Part shown: positions 9,245 to 20,263 of the stretch, in pieces
Position numbering within the stretch: the first letter of the stretch is position 1
How the letters are laid out: each line of letters starts with the position of its first letter
Assembly: GCA_000004985.1 (NCBI GenBank)
Contig: GG738847.1
Length of the DNA stretch: 64,000 nucleotides
Source of the DNA: Naegleria gruberi
Lineage: Eukaryota
Direction: 5' to 3' (one strand)
Translations under genes and position numbers: made by a program
Notes under the pieces: model-generated
The model's input: only the letters and a program-made list of their open reading frames with translations
Databases searched by the model: none
What the model was told of the DNA's origin: nothing

Positions 9245-12177
9245 ATGAAGTCAGCAACAATAACATCATCTTCGCTGTTGATGATGGCAACTTTGCTTTT
9301 CATAATAATATCAAGTGCAAGTGCCATCCTACAAAGTGAAGCCAATACATTTGATTGGATGAAGGAAAATGTAGGAAGAGTAAAATTGGTAGAATCTGGA
9401 TTTTCCAACAAGGCTCTTTCTGTTGTAGCCACAAACAAGGCTGTTTTGGCAGGTTTGAGTATTAGAACAGGCGAGTTAAGTATGTACAAAATTATTTATT
9501 GAATAGTAGAATCAACACACTTACTATGAAAATTGTTATTTAAAATAGTTTGGAGAAGAGTTTTTAATGATGATGAAAATATTGACAGATTATATTCAAT
9601 CGGGAATGATAAAATAGCATCTCTTTCATCTTCATCATCCAAGAGATATGTTAGAGTATGGAATGCTTTAGATGGTAGTCTTTTATATGATATTAATTCC
9701 CTCTCATCTTCATCAGATATTTTGTCTTTAGGAGAAAAGGTAATCATCTCTACAGGAAGTACCCTCCTTTTGAAGGATATCAAGACTGGAGCTGAAAAGT
9801 GGAAGGTATCCTCATCAAACGAAAGGTAAGTATACATTCCGGATAGTGTTAGTAATTTATTGTTAAAAGGGTTGTCTTTGCCAAGTTAGTTTTGCTCGAA
9901 AAGAATGTCAATGCTATTCAAGCTGAATTGAGTGCAGATAGTAATACTATTTCAAAACTTGTTGTAAAGGCTTTAAATACTGATAGTGGAGCTTTGACTG
10001 TGAAGAGTACCATTGATTTGTCATCTTTCTCTCTCACTGTTGAAAGTTTGAATGATTATACTGGTGAACAAGTTATTTTCAAAACAACAAACAAACTTAT
10101 TTATTTCAATGTGAATACTTCTGAATCTAAGGAGGAAGACATTTCTCAACCAGAAAAGATTTCATCATCCACAAATTTGGACGGAACTACTTATCATGCT
10201 TCTATTCAAGAACAAACAGCTACAACTATTAAGATCGTTGTTAAAAAAGCTAATGATGTTTTAGTACAATATGATGCTCCATTGGACATTAAAAAGCACG
10301 GAAAGGCTCAATCTATTTTCTTCCAATTATTCAAGAATTTGGAAAGTAATAACAATCAATTGATTCATAGATTTATTGTAGTTACTGAGGATGATTCTAT
10401 TATTGGATTTAAAGAAAATCAACAACTTTGGAAGAGAGAAGAATCACTTGCTTCTGTTGATGAAATTAAATTTGTTGAATTCCCAGTTCATCACACTGTT
10501 AAATCAGGTAATGGCGTTGCTAGTTTTGGAAACAGAATTTCAACTCAAATTGTTCAAGCTACTGACCTTATTCAAAAGGCTATTGATTATGTGAATGCAC
10601 TTTCTGGTAAGAAGAATAATGGCGAGGGTGGAGATGAAAGCCTCAGATTTGTTCAAGATAGACTTGGTTTCCAAAAGCTTGTAATTCTCAAATCCAAGAC
10701 TGGTAAGATTTTGGCTCTTCACACCTCTGATGGCCATCTTGTTTGGTCTCTCTTCATCAAGGGTGAACTTGAGAAACATATTGATACTTCTTCTACTCTT
10801 AAGATTAACCTATTCATTACCAAGGATCAAGTTCTTAAAGATGATATTAAGATTAGATCACAAGCTACCATCATTGTTTCTGACAATAAGAAGAGTGTTG
10901 CCATTGTTATTGATGCTTTGAATGGACAGGTTTTGACAGTCACTCCACTTCCTTATGTATACACTGATGCTGTTTTACTTCCAACTACAAGCGAAGATAG
11001 AGTTCATCCACTTCTTTTGGTGGATACTGAACTTAATGTTCATATCTTCCCAGAAACTAAAGAAATTATCCAAAATGTCAAGTCATTCCCACTCAATATT
11101 CATTTCCACACCAGGGATGCTGCTCAAGGAAAGCTTTCAGGATACATTTGGAATGTCAATCAAACCAAGTTGACTAACACTTGGTCAGTTTCTCTCAACT
11201 CTCCAATAGTTGCTTTCGCATCTCCACAAGCTCTCTTGAATGAGAATATCTATACTGGCATTATTGTAACTGCTTCTGGTAATGTATTGTACAAGTATCT
11301 TAATCCATCCATGTTTGCTGTTGCTACTATTGAAAAGGAAGCTACTGAATATCCAGTTTTGCGTGTTTATGTTATTGACGGTACTACAGGTGAAGTTCTC
11401 CACCAAATTCATAACGAAGATGCTGTTGGACCTGTTAATATGGTTTTGGATGAAAATACTCTTGTTTATCAATATACGAATGCTAAACAAATGAGACACG
11501 AGTTGACCACTGTTGAATTATTTAACAATGGTACTGATTTCCAAAAGAAAGGTTTCGGATCAATTTTAATGGAAAAGTTATTCGGAAGCAAAGAAGCTGG
11601 AGTTTTCACATCATTCGGATATAGTAAGCCAACTTCTAGAAAGAATACTTATATTTTACCATTCGGTGTAAGATCTATTGGCGTTACAAAGACCACTATT
11701 GGTGTCACCAACAAACAATTCATTTGTAAGTATATTTTACTCTGAGAAATCAATTATTAACAATAATTAATAGTGTCCCTTACTAATGACCAAATTTATT
11801 TGGTTGACAAGAAGATAATCGATGCAAGAAGACCAAGAAATCCAACTGCTGCATCAGATGAAATTGCCGAAGGTTTAATGCCATATAACCCATACATTCC
11901 ATTTGTTTCACTCAATGTTCCAACCTATAACAAACCAGTTAGCAGAGTTAAACACATTCAAACTAGTCCATCAATTCTTGAATCAACTACATTGATGGCC
12001 TCCTCTGGATTGGATGTCTTCTTCACTAGGTTGTCACCATCTAAAAAGTTTGACATTCTCAATGAAGATTTCAGTTATGCCATGTTGATCATTTCTACCT
12101 CTGCACTTTTCATTTCAGTTTTTGTTGCCAAATACTTAGCCAACAAGAAGGAGGTCCAATTGAAGTGGAGCATGTAA
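9245..12177 (+). CDS. EMC1: ER membrane protein complex subunit 1 (EMC1) homolog. Four exons: 9245..9479, 9549..9825, 9870..11725, 11774..12177, about 923 aa.
   Basis: The N-terminus has a signal peptide plus '..NTFDWMKENVGRVKLVESGFSNKALSVVATNKAVLAGLSIRTGEL|IWRRVF..'. This matches the human EMC1 opening ([42 protein letters not shown]). The C-terminal exon reads '..IDARRPRNPTAASDEIAEGLMPYNPYIPF..TRLSPSKKFDILNEDFSYAMLIISTSALFISVFVAKYLANKK', matching the EMC1 C-terminal TM region. Introns have GTATGT/GTAAGT donors and AG acceptors (69, 44, 48 nt). Splice phases were checked by hand. Confidence 0.7.
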
Positions 12178-12235
12178 AAACACGTATTGTCATTTCGAGT
12201 TGCAATTATATTAATCTATTTAAATATTAAAAAAA

Positions 12236-15200
12236 ATGTTTTTCAATTTCATGTATCCTTTTCTGAGGACATTCTCGGCTAAATCTTCTCTGAAATCACC
12301 TCAACATGTTACTCCTAATTGTAGTAGTGATGCTATCAAACAAGACCTTTCGGAGGAGGATACAATCGAACAATTAATTCGGAACAATATTGAAAACCAA
12401 ACAAAAATCTCTCCTCATACACAACCAATTTTAAACATCAAACAACACCATCACATCCATAGTAATGGCAGTAATAATGGAAATTTATTAATATTTTCGG
12501 ATTTTATTTCGACCTTTTTCAAATCGTTTATCAAGACTTTGATACCCTTGTTCATATCCAAGATTTGTCAACTCTTTCAGACTGTACTTGTAGGATCAAT
12601 ACTCTCATTGATTGATAGTAGAGCAAATAGTGTGTTGATGGATTTATTTAATTTTGATTTGAAACTTGGTGTTTATTGTTTATTACTTTTTGTAAATAGA
12701 ATTTTAATTGGAATTACATTGAGATGGCACTTTAATGTTCAGAGTGTATTTTCACATCAGGTCAGCTTTAATTTATACTCATTGGTATATGAGAGATGTA
12801 TGAAATGTACAATGAGAAGCTCAACTTTGAATTATTCATCAATTTCGAGTGAGATTACACAAATTGAGAGAACAGTTTCTCAAGCCCATAGCTTACTTTC
12901 ACACATATTTCATTTGGTTGGTGCCATGTTAATTATACACTTTCAATATCATAGCACCTTGCTTACAATAGTGTTCATAATAATTTGCATTTTAACAATA
13001 CCTATTAATTTATATTTGCAATCTAAAAATTCGCAATTTACCAACAAGAAGAATGAAAAATCCAATGAAAGGAATGGAACACTTGCTCATTTTCTCAATT
13101 GTTTCAAACAGGTCAAATCATTAGTTTGGGAATCTTACATTTTGGAACGGATTAAACGAATCAGAAGAAATGAATTGGATTATTTATTCAATTTATATTG
13201 GGTGGATAATATTATTAATTGCATCTGGTATATTTTACCATTCACCATTACTTTTATCATTTTATTGGTATCCAAAGTAATGAATCAACCTACGGACGAA
13301 AAGTCAATATTTACAATTTTGGTATTATTGGATGGTATTTCAGTTCCAATTTTCGAGCTTCCTAAATGTTTAAATCAAGTTATCTATGCCAAGCACTGTT
13401 TGGATAGATTGAATAATTTGTTTTCCAATCTTTGTAATAGGTTTGATTCTGAGAAAATTTCTCCAGCTGAATCTCTAGCTCAGAACAAGTTAATTGAAGT
13501 TCATACTGGAACTAAATTGAAAACTCAGGGAAAGACGCAGATCGTTTCACTAATTACAGAATTTATCATCAACTCGGGTGAATGGACTGCACTAAGAGGA
13601 AAGAGTGGTTCTGGAAAGACATCCTTCATTTTCTCAGTGTTAGACTCGTATCAACAACATGGTGATGGAATTATTCGAATGGCTAATGATTTAAAGATTA
13701 TCTACACACCACAAGATCCATTCATTGTGAATGGTACAATACTGGAAAATATTACTTTTGGATTACCTTTGGATGAGGAAATTTATAATAGAGTCCTCAA
13801 AGAATCCCAATTAGTTTTTGATTTGGATCAATGGTGTACTGTTCTAGGAGATGAGGAGGCAAATCAAAAAGTATGTGGCTACTTTGGTAACAATATTTCT
13901 GGTGGACAGAAAGTGAGAGTCAATCTGGCAAGAGGCCTCTACAAGTTCTACTATTCTAAAAAAACTGAACCCCAAGACTGTAAATACTTGCTGATTTTTG
14001 ATGAGATTTTCAATCCATTGGATCCTACTGTAACTACAGTGATTATGGAATCATTTAGGAGAAAATTGAAGAATTTGAGTGATACCTCTGTTCTATTTTC
14101 CATAAGTGACTCAAGATATGATTCCTATTTGGACAGAGTCTATGATATTGTCGAAGGAAACATTAGTGAGGGCATCTTGAATGCACACCATGAAGATCTC
14201 ACTGAAAGAGAATTTTCCTCTCCAAAAAAAGAGAAACGCTTTGTAAGAGTATCAAGTAATTTATCAGAATTATCTACTCAATCACAATCTGAAGATGGTA
14301 TACAAGAGAGAATGTTTTCACCATTTGAAATTGCCAAATTCTATCTCACCTCAAAAAGTAGTATTTACACACTTGGTCCAACGTTATTTTTTTTAATAGT
14401 TTCACAAATTTTCAAATCCTCTACCAATTCCCTGTTTGGATTTTTCAATGATTATCTATATTTATTTGTTTTACTTGGATGTTTGAGGGTGGTTGTGGAA
14501 TTATGCCTTGGATACTTTTGGGGAATTAAATGCTACAAAACCAGTAGCATGATTCACAATCATGCTCTCAATAAGGTTATGCACGTTCCACTGAGCTATT
14601 TTGTAAATTCGAGCTCTAATCATTCAGAAAAGAAAGATAGATATGGAGATGTTATTGAAAGATTTTCAACCAATATGAACACACTTGACAGATCGATACC
14701 ATGGCTTTTGAAGGAGGCTTCTCAGAAATGGTTAGAGTGTTTGGGTTCTCTCATCACATTGCTCTTGTACATTGCTGGGGCCAGTTTTTGGGTGGTTTTA
14801 TTTTCACTTATTATTACAATAGTAATTATTGTTGAGTCGAGAAGATATTATCATCTCTACTCGAAAACAAAAGATGAATTGTCCCTCATACTTTCTGATA
14901 AGAGAGCATTAATGTCTCAATTGTTTATGGAGTCCACTCATCCAACAGCTCTCATCATGATTCAGAGCTATAATCAAGTCGATTATTTTAATAGGAAATT
15001 CAGACAGTCAGTTTCCAGCACATTGAACGTATCATATGCCTTTAACACTTGCACTGATTGGATTGGTGTAAGATTGGAGTGTTTAATTTCTCTACTATTA
15101 TTCATACCATTCATGTATTTGGTACAAGCTGTTTGTGAGGATAGCTGTCAAGACGCGAACAAGCAGAACTTGCATTATGCAGGTATTTTGCTCACAACTT

Positions 15201-16105
15201 GTATTGAATTTTTCAATAGATTTTTATGGACACTTGTGGTTTCAACAAGAGTCGAATCTGAACTACCATTCATTGGTAAAATTATCAGCTATATTCATTT
15301 GAAAACAGAGGATGAGGAGCAACACAGTGAAAAAGTCATGCCCTCTTCAGCTACTTGTCAATCTTTGGAATTGGAATCTGTATCGTGTAAAAATATCCTG
15401 AATAGTGTCTCTTTCAGGATTAACCCATGTGAAATGACTGGTATTATTGGAAGAACTGGATCAGGGAAGAGTTTTGCACTCTCATGCATTCACAGATATT
15501 GGTATCCTATTGAGGGATCCATTTACCTTGATGGAAGAGATATTTTCAATTACGATACAGATACTTACAGAAATTGTGTTTCAATGATCCCTCAAGATAC
15601 AAGTTTCATGATTGGATCAACACTGAGGGAACATTTCGATGAGAATAATTATTTTACCGATAATGAAATATTGGAAGAGATTGAAAAATTCCAAATTGTC
15701 ACATCAAGTATCAATCTCAATAAGATAATTAATAAGGAAGAGGATTTGAAAATTGAAAAACCAATAATTTACGTTATCAGAGCTATTCTCCTTGTATCTA
15801 AACTTTCTCTCGAACATTCCAAGAGACCCAAGATTTTACTTTTAGATGAAATTACCTCAAACTTGGACAATCAAAACACACAAAATATTGTTGATAGTGT
15901 CAAGAGAATGAATAGAGAATATGGGTTAACAGTTGTGTGGGTAACACATCAATTGAGTTGTTTGAAAGCTTGTGATAATTTACTTTGTTTTGATTCTGGA
16001 AGAGTGATTGAAGAAGGAAAAGTGGAACAATTATTGAATAATCCAATATCGAATAGTTATTCCTTGTTCAGAATGAATAATTACAATACTAATAATACAA
16101 ATTAA
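12236..16105 (+). CDS. Full-size ABC transporter (TMD-NBD-TMD-NBD, 1289 aa), ABCB/ABCC-like. One ATP site is degenerate.
   Basis: NBD1 has Walker A LRGKSGSGKTS, signature NISGGQKVRVNLARGLY and Walker B LLIFDEIF. NBD2 has Walker A GRTGSGKSF, Walker B ILLLDEITSNLD and H-loop VVWVTHQL. The NBD2 signature is degenerate (LSLEH), and the NBD1 H-loop lacks His. Hydrophobic TMD regions precede each NBD. Confidence 0.75.
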   Translation: MFFNFMYPFLRTFSAKSSLKSPQHVTPNCSSDAIKQDLSEEDTIEQLIRNNIENQTKISPHTQPILNIKQHHHIHSNGSNNGNLLIFSDFISTFFKSFIKTLIPLFISKICQLFQTVLVGSILSLIDSRANSVLMDLFNFDLKLGVYCLLLFVNRILIGITLRWHFNVQSVFSHQVSFNLYSLVYERCMKCTMRSSTLNYSSISSEITQIERTVSQAHSLLSHIFHLVGAMLIIHFQYHSTLLTIVFIIICILTIPINLYLQSKNSQFTNKKNEKSNERNGTLAHFLNCFKQVKSLVWESYILERIKRIRRNELDYLFNLYWVDNIINCIWYILPFTITFIILLVSKVMNQPTDEKSIFTILVLLDGISVPIFELPKCLNQVIYAKHCLDRLNNLFSNLCNRFDSEKISPAESLAQNKLIEVHTGTKLKTQGKTQIVSLITEFIINSGEWTALRGKSGSGKTSFIFSVLDSYQQHGDGIIRMANDLKIIYTPQDPFIVNGTILENITFGLPLDEEIYNRVLKESQLVFDLDQWCTVLGDEEANQKVCGYFGNNISGGQKVRVNLARGLYKFYYSKKTEPQDCKYLLIFDEIFNPLDPTVTTVIMESFRRKLKNLSDTSVLFSISDSRYDSYLDRVYDIVEGNISEGILNAHHEDLTEREFSSPKKEKRFVRVSSNLSELSTQSQSEDGIQERMFSPFEIAKFYLTSKSSIYTLGPTLFFLIVSQIFKSSTNSLFGFFNDYLYLFVLLGCLRVVVELCLGYFWGIKCYKTSSMIHNHALNKVMHVPLSYFVNSSSNHSEKKDRYGDVIERFSTNMNTLDRSIPWLLKEASQKWLECLGSLITLLLYIAGASFWVVLFSLIITIVIIVESRRYYHLYSKTKDELSLILSDKRALMSQLFMESTHPTALIMIQSYNQVDYFNRKFRQSVSSTLNVSYAFNTCTDWIGVRLECLISLLLFIPFMYLVQAVCEDSCQDANKQNLHYAGILLTTCIEFFNRFLWTLVVSTRVESELPFIGKIISYIHLKTEDEEQHSEKVMPSSATCQSLELESVSCKNILNSVSFRINPCEMTGIIGRTGSGKSFALSCIHRYWYPIEGSIYLDGRDIFNYDTDTYRNCVSMIPQDTSFMIGSTLREHFDENNYFTDNEILEEIEKFQIVTSSINLNKIINKEEDLKIEKPIIYVIRAILLVSKLSLEHSKRPKILLLDEITSNLDNQNTQNIVDSVKRMNREYGLTVVWVTHQLSCLKACDNLLCFDSGRVIEEGKVEQLLNNPISNSYSLFRMNNYNTNNTN

Positions 16106-17079
16106 TCTGAGGAGGAATCACTTAAATCCGAATCATCTGAAATATCTGAGAAGGTTTCTTGCTTTTTTCTCGTGTGCTTGAGCTTAGTAGCAGAGGAATG
16201 ATTTAAGAGTTTTCTATTACCTTGATTATTACTGTTAGTTGATTTCTTTGACTTTCGGAAGAGTTTCAATCGAGTGATAAACTTTTGGGCCAATTTGGAG
16301 TTTTTCAATTTCATGCAATCTCTTGCTACAACAATTAACACAACAACAATGCAAAAACTCAATACGAAAACTGAAGTTGGATCGGAGAGGAATGTATAAT
16401 CATATTTTGTTGGATAGAGTTTTGAATTGACACAGTACCTTCTCGATTTTCTGTTATCCTTAGTTCGAGTGAAAATTGGTTTTGATTGAATGTAGGTGTA
16501 GTCATCGGGAGAAATTGGTGTATACTCAATTCCATCCTGGCATACCTGACACACTCCATGGATACATTGCAGACCATCAAATCCACACAGATTTTTCAGA
16601 CTAAGATAAGTGAAAGGATGCTCAATTTTGGTGCAAGTCTCTCCAACCAGAGGATGCAAGGAAAGAGGTTTACAGGTTCCATCCTCTGTGCAATAATCTC
16701 CAATGGGACATTGATAGTTATTCAGAAGGGATGCGTCTTGTGGATCTTCGCAAACTCGTCCTATAGCTGTCTGCTTACAAATGTTAATTTTATAATTACT
16801 GATAATGCTAGAGTACAAAAGAGTAGTTGGAATACATTCACCACACACAAAAGTGGTACTGTTTGGATAATAAAATACACTATTGATAGGACATCCCCTA
16901 TTGAAAGATGCCAGGTCATTCCTTAATGCAATACTTGACTCTATGATTCCATTACAAGATCCTGATTTTATTCCTCCACTATATATACATGATGATGATA
17001 AAACAAAACAATCATTATGAATCCACAGCACAACTATTGAAAGAAGAAAAACCAATGAACGATCAAGCCCAATGGACAT
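16102..17079 (-). CDS. Cysteine-rich type I membrane protein, 325 aa, with signal peptide, Cys-rich ectodomain, one TM helix and a basic/Ser-rich tail.
   Basis: ATG at 17079 (MSIGLDRSLVFLLSIVVLW...). There are many spaced Cys residues, a TM segment VFVLSFCIVVVLIVVA, then a KKSTNSNN..SDDSDLSDSSSD tail. Its stop codon overlaps the ABC gene's stop; the two genes are convergent. Confidence 0.5.
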   Translation of the reverse strand: MSIGLDRSLVFLLSIVVLWIHNDCFVLSSSCIYSGGIKSGSCNGIIESSIALRNDLASFNRGCPINSVFYYPNSTTFVCGECIPTTLLYSSIISNYKINICKQTAIGRVCEDPQDASLLNNYQCPIGDYCTEDGTCKPLSLHPLVGETCTKIEHPFTYLSLKNLCGFDGLQCIHGVCQVCQDGIEYTPISPDDYTYIQSKPIFTRTKDNRKSRRYCVNSKLYPTKYDYTFLSDPTSVFVLSFCIVVVLIVVARDCMKLKNSKLAQKFITRLKLFRKSKKSTNSNNQGNRKLLNHSSATKLKHTRKKQETFSDISDDSDLSDSSSD

Positions 17080-17154
17080 GTTTTTTTAAGGTAATTTCCT
17101 TTTATATTTTACAATTTATTTAGCTGGTAACTAGTTGTTATTATTACAAGAGTC

Positions 17155-19932
17155 TTATTCAGATATCTCTACCACTTCCTTAGGTGGAGATTTAGGATTA
17201 TCATCAGTGTTGTTGCTTAGAGGCTTTTTCAACTTTGCTTGTAGTTCCAGAATGTTTGAAAGTCTCGTCTCAATATCGTCACATGTTTCCTTTTGTTCAT
17301 GCAACATTTTAGCAATCTTTTTTAGATTGTTTGGATCTGATGGTGTAGAGTTGAGTGCATCGGCAGCATTTTCGAAAGCGACTGTTATAGCATGAATATT
17401 TGTTTTGGTTGACTTGATATGCTCGTCCGAATTTTCTACAAATTGTTTGAGTAAAGATAGCTCATCATTCACCTCCTTGAGCTTGGACTCATAGTCTCCT
17501 CTGACCTTTCTATTGTCCATCTCTGTATTTTTCTTCAGCTCTGCATTGACAACTTCCAACAAACTAGCTCTGTTGCTGAGTTCTTCATGCTGTTGTTGGA
17601 TCTTTTTGTAATCCTCAAGAGCCTTCTTCTCGCGTTCCAAGTCCTGTTGAGCACATAAAAGCTCATATTTGACGTCATCCATTTCCTTTGTAAAGGTGCT
17701 CTTGTCAGATAAAGCAAGACTTAGCTTTCTTTCTAGTTCTTTGTACAGATCAGCTCTTCTTTCAGGATCATTATCCTTATATAAATCAATCTCGTCATTT
17801 AAAATATCAATCCTAGCTTGCAAAGATCCAATAATATGATCCTTTTGCTCAAGGTGAGCATTACCTTGTTGGTATTTGCACTTGATTTCTTCGTATTTGT
17901 TGGAAAATTCAGTATTCAAGTCTGACAACTTTGCATTTTCTTCCATAAGAGTTTTGAGTTCCTTTTGAAGCTTATTGGCATTGTCTTTGTGTTGGTTGTT
18001 TGTGGCCTTGTATTTAGTGAGGAGTCTCTTGTATTTGTCAATTTGTTCGGCTTGGGAATTTTGAGTGTTTTCTAATGCTCTCTTGATTAAGAGATCATGA
18101 TTCTCTTGTTCCAGCATCTCTATTCTTTCAAATTGTTCCTTGATTATATTGTGAACTCTTTCCAAATCAATTTGAGATCCTTCTTTTTCTTCAGTCATTT
18201 GCTTTGCTTGTTTGTCAATAATTCTTTGGAGTTCCGTCTTTTCTTGATTCCAACCATTCTTCATTGCATCAATATTCTTCTTTTCTTCTCTTAATGAAGC
18301 GATTTCATCGTGTTCTCTATTAAATTTATCTTGAAGTTCCTCGTAAAGTTTTTGGAGAGCTTCCAATTTTTCATCTAGTTCTTGGGTTGTTCTATCCTTC
18401 ACTCGAATAGATTCCTCAAGTATTGTTACATTCTTTTCTAAATCAACTTCAATCCTATCCTTATGTTCAATTTCTCTTGAGGCTTGTTCGTATTTTTCTT
18501 TCCACAGGATGTTTTCTTGGCTTTCTTCAAGAGCTTTGATAAGGTTTATCTGCTCCTTTTCCAAACGATCAAACCTTTCTTTCCATAATTTAATATCATA
18601 TTCGAGTTTATCTGCAAGTTTTGTTTTTTCCTCAATGGATGATTCTAGTGTACAATTATGATCAGTCAAAGATTTGATTTGTGATTCCAACAATGAAAAA
18701 TGTTTCTTTTGACTATCAATTAACCTAGATCTGTCTGACTCGAGTTGTCTTACCAGTACAGTTAATTTGTGGTTTTCCTTTTCCAAGTCTGATTGAGACT
18801 CAGAAGTGGTACTCCTTTCAGAAATTACCTTAAGAGCCTCTGCTAGCTCTTCTCTATGTCTATCCTCTAATTGTTTTAATAGGATGTTTACTTCCTTTTC
18901 AACACTCTCCAAATTATCCTTATATTGCTTCTTGTTTTGTTCGATCTGCAAGAGCAAGGATTCAATTTCATTCTCTCTTGTCTTTTCTAAAATCAAGAAT
19001 TGATCATTGAAATTGATAAGCATAGCTCTCTTTTCTTCTAACATCTTGAGACATTTATCACATTCTTTCTTCTCCTGGTCTGTAGCTGCTGTTTTTGGTA
19101 ACTCCAAGGGTGGGATTTGTACTACTGCTGTTGATGATTGGGATGTATTCGAAGTAAAAGGGCTACTATTTGTTGTTGATGGTGTTGAGGGTGGTGTTGA
19201 CATTATTGCTGTGAATTCTTGTTGGCCAATATCTGTCTCCACCTCCTTATCTTTAACTTCCTTATTTTCAATGTGATGCTTTTGTTGGAGTGCCTTGTAT
19301 TTGGTCTGATATTCAGACACAAAGCTCTTCATTTGATTTGTATAATTTTGTTCAGTATCCTTATAGTATCTTTCCAATTCTTCAACAGATGAAATATATT
19401 TTGCCTTCATCTCATCAATAATGTGAATATATTGTTGGACTTGTTGTTTTGCAAAAGGGAGAGGAACATAAATTTCATCGTTCATCGTAACCACATTCTG
19501 AGTTCCTTCCAGCTCTATGAGTGGTTTTGTATTGGCAATATCCTGTAAACCTTTTGTTAAATCATCTGATGATGGTCTTGTTAGGGTTGATACACTTCTG
19601 GCACTTGAAGATCTTCGGGCAAAGCTTTTTCTTCTTGTTCTTCCCTCAGCAGGAGAGGAGGCTGAAGTTTTAGGTCCACTATTAATTAAAGCTTGTTTCC
19701 TCAAATCTTGTTCCTCACCAACACTTCTTGGGCTTATTTGAGGGCTTCCCGAGTGAAGAGGAGTTTCAAGATGAGTATTCTCACTATTAAAAGCATCTCT
19801 CAGAAAAGATGGTATTCTTGGTGAATTGAGAGGAGAGCTCTCTCCACCACCAGATAAATATTCTTCATCAGAGAGACCAGAACCACCTCCCTCAGAAGGT
19901 TGTCTAGCAAACCATGAACTGATAAAACTCAT
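17155..19932 (-). CDS. Long coiled-coil protein, 925 aa. The N-terminal region is Ser/Pro-rich, followed by about 700 aa of E/K/L/Q-rich heptad coiled coil.
   Basis: ATG at 19932 (MSFISSWFARQPSEGGGSG...). Composition and periodicity are typical of a golgin/hook/myosin-tail-like coiled coil. No enzymatic motif found. Confidence 0.6.
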   Translation of the reverse strand: MSFISSWFARQPSEGGGSGLSDEEYLSGGGESSPLNSPRIPSFLRDAFNSENTHLETPLHSGSPQISPRSVGEEQDLRKQALINSGPKTSASSPAEGRTRRKSFARRSSSARSVSTLTRPSSDDLTKGLQDIANTKPLIELEGTQNVVTMNDEIYVPLPFAKQQVQQYIHIIDEMKAKYISSVEELERYYKDTEQNYTNQMKSFVSEYQTKYKALQQKHHIENKEVKDKEVETDIGQQEFTAIMSTPPSTPSTTNSSPFTSNTSQSSTAVVQIPPLELPKTAATDQEKKECDKCLKMLEEKRAMLINFNDQFLILEKTRENEIESLLLQIEQNKKQYKDNLESVEKEVNILLKQLEDRHREELAEALKVISERSTTSESQSDLEKENHKLTVLVRQLESDRSRLIDSQKKHFSLLESQIKSLTDHNCTLESSIEEKTKLADKLEYDIKLWKERFDRLEKEQINLIKALEESQENILWKEKYEQASREIEHKDRIEVDLEKNVTILEESIRVKDRTTQELDEKLEALQKLYEELQDKFNREHDEIASLREEKKNIDAMKNGWNQEKTELQRIIDKQAKQMTEEKEGSQIDLERVHNIIKEQFERIEMLEQENHDLLIKRALENTQNSQAEQIDKYKRLLTKYKATNNQHKDNANKLQKELKTLMEENAKLSDLNTEFSNKYEEIKCKYQQGNAHLEQKDHIIGSLQARIDILNDEIDLYKDNDPERRADLYKELERKLSLALSDKSTFTKEMDDVKYELLCAQQDLEREKKALEDYKKIQQQHEELSNRASLLEVVNAELKKNTEMDNRKVRGDYESKLKEVNDELSLLKQFVENSDEHIKSTKTNIHAITVAFENAADALNSTPSDPNNLKKIAKMLHEQKETCDDIETRLSNILELQAKLKKPLSNNTDDNPKSPPKEVVEISE

Positions 19933-20263
19933 CTTTTCAACAGCTCCCGGGCAAGATATATTAAGCTGTAATCTTAATTTTTTGAAAAATGGGTGGGTAA
20001 TTTAAGAGTAATAATGATCACATATTTTGTACTGGATAGCCAGGACTACTACTGTAGCTGCAATAAAAGCATAAATGACCAGTCACTTTGAATGATGATA
20101 GTTGTAGTGGGCAATAATGTCGATCCATCAATTAATCCACAATGATGACAATTAGTATTGATTGAAGCTCATACCTTCATAGAGTTGAGATTATTGTTGT
20201 TAATCAATTCATATTATGTAATTCTAAAAAATTGAGCAAATATTACAAAAAGTTCCATAGAGT

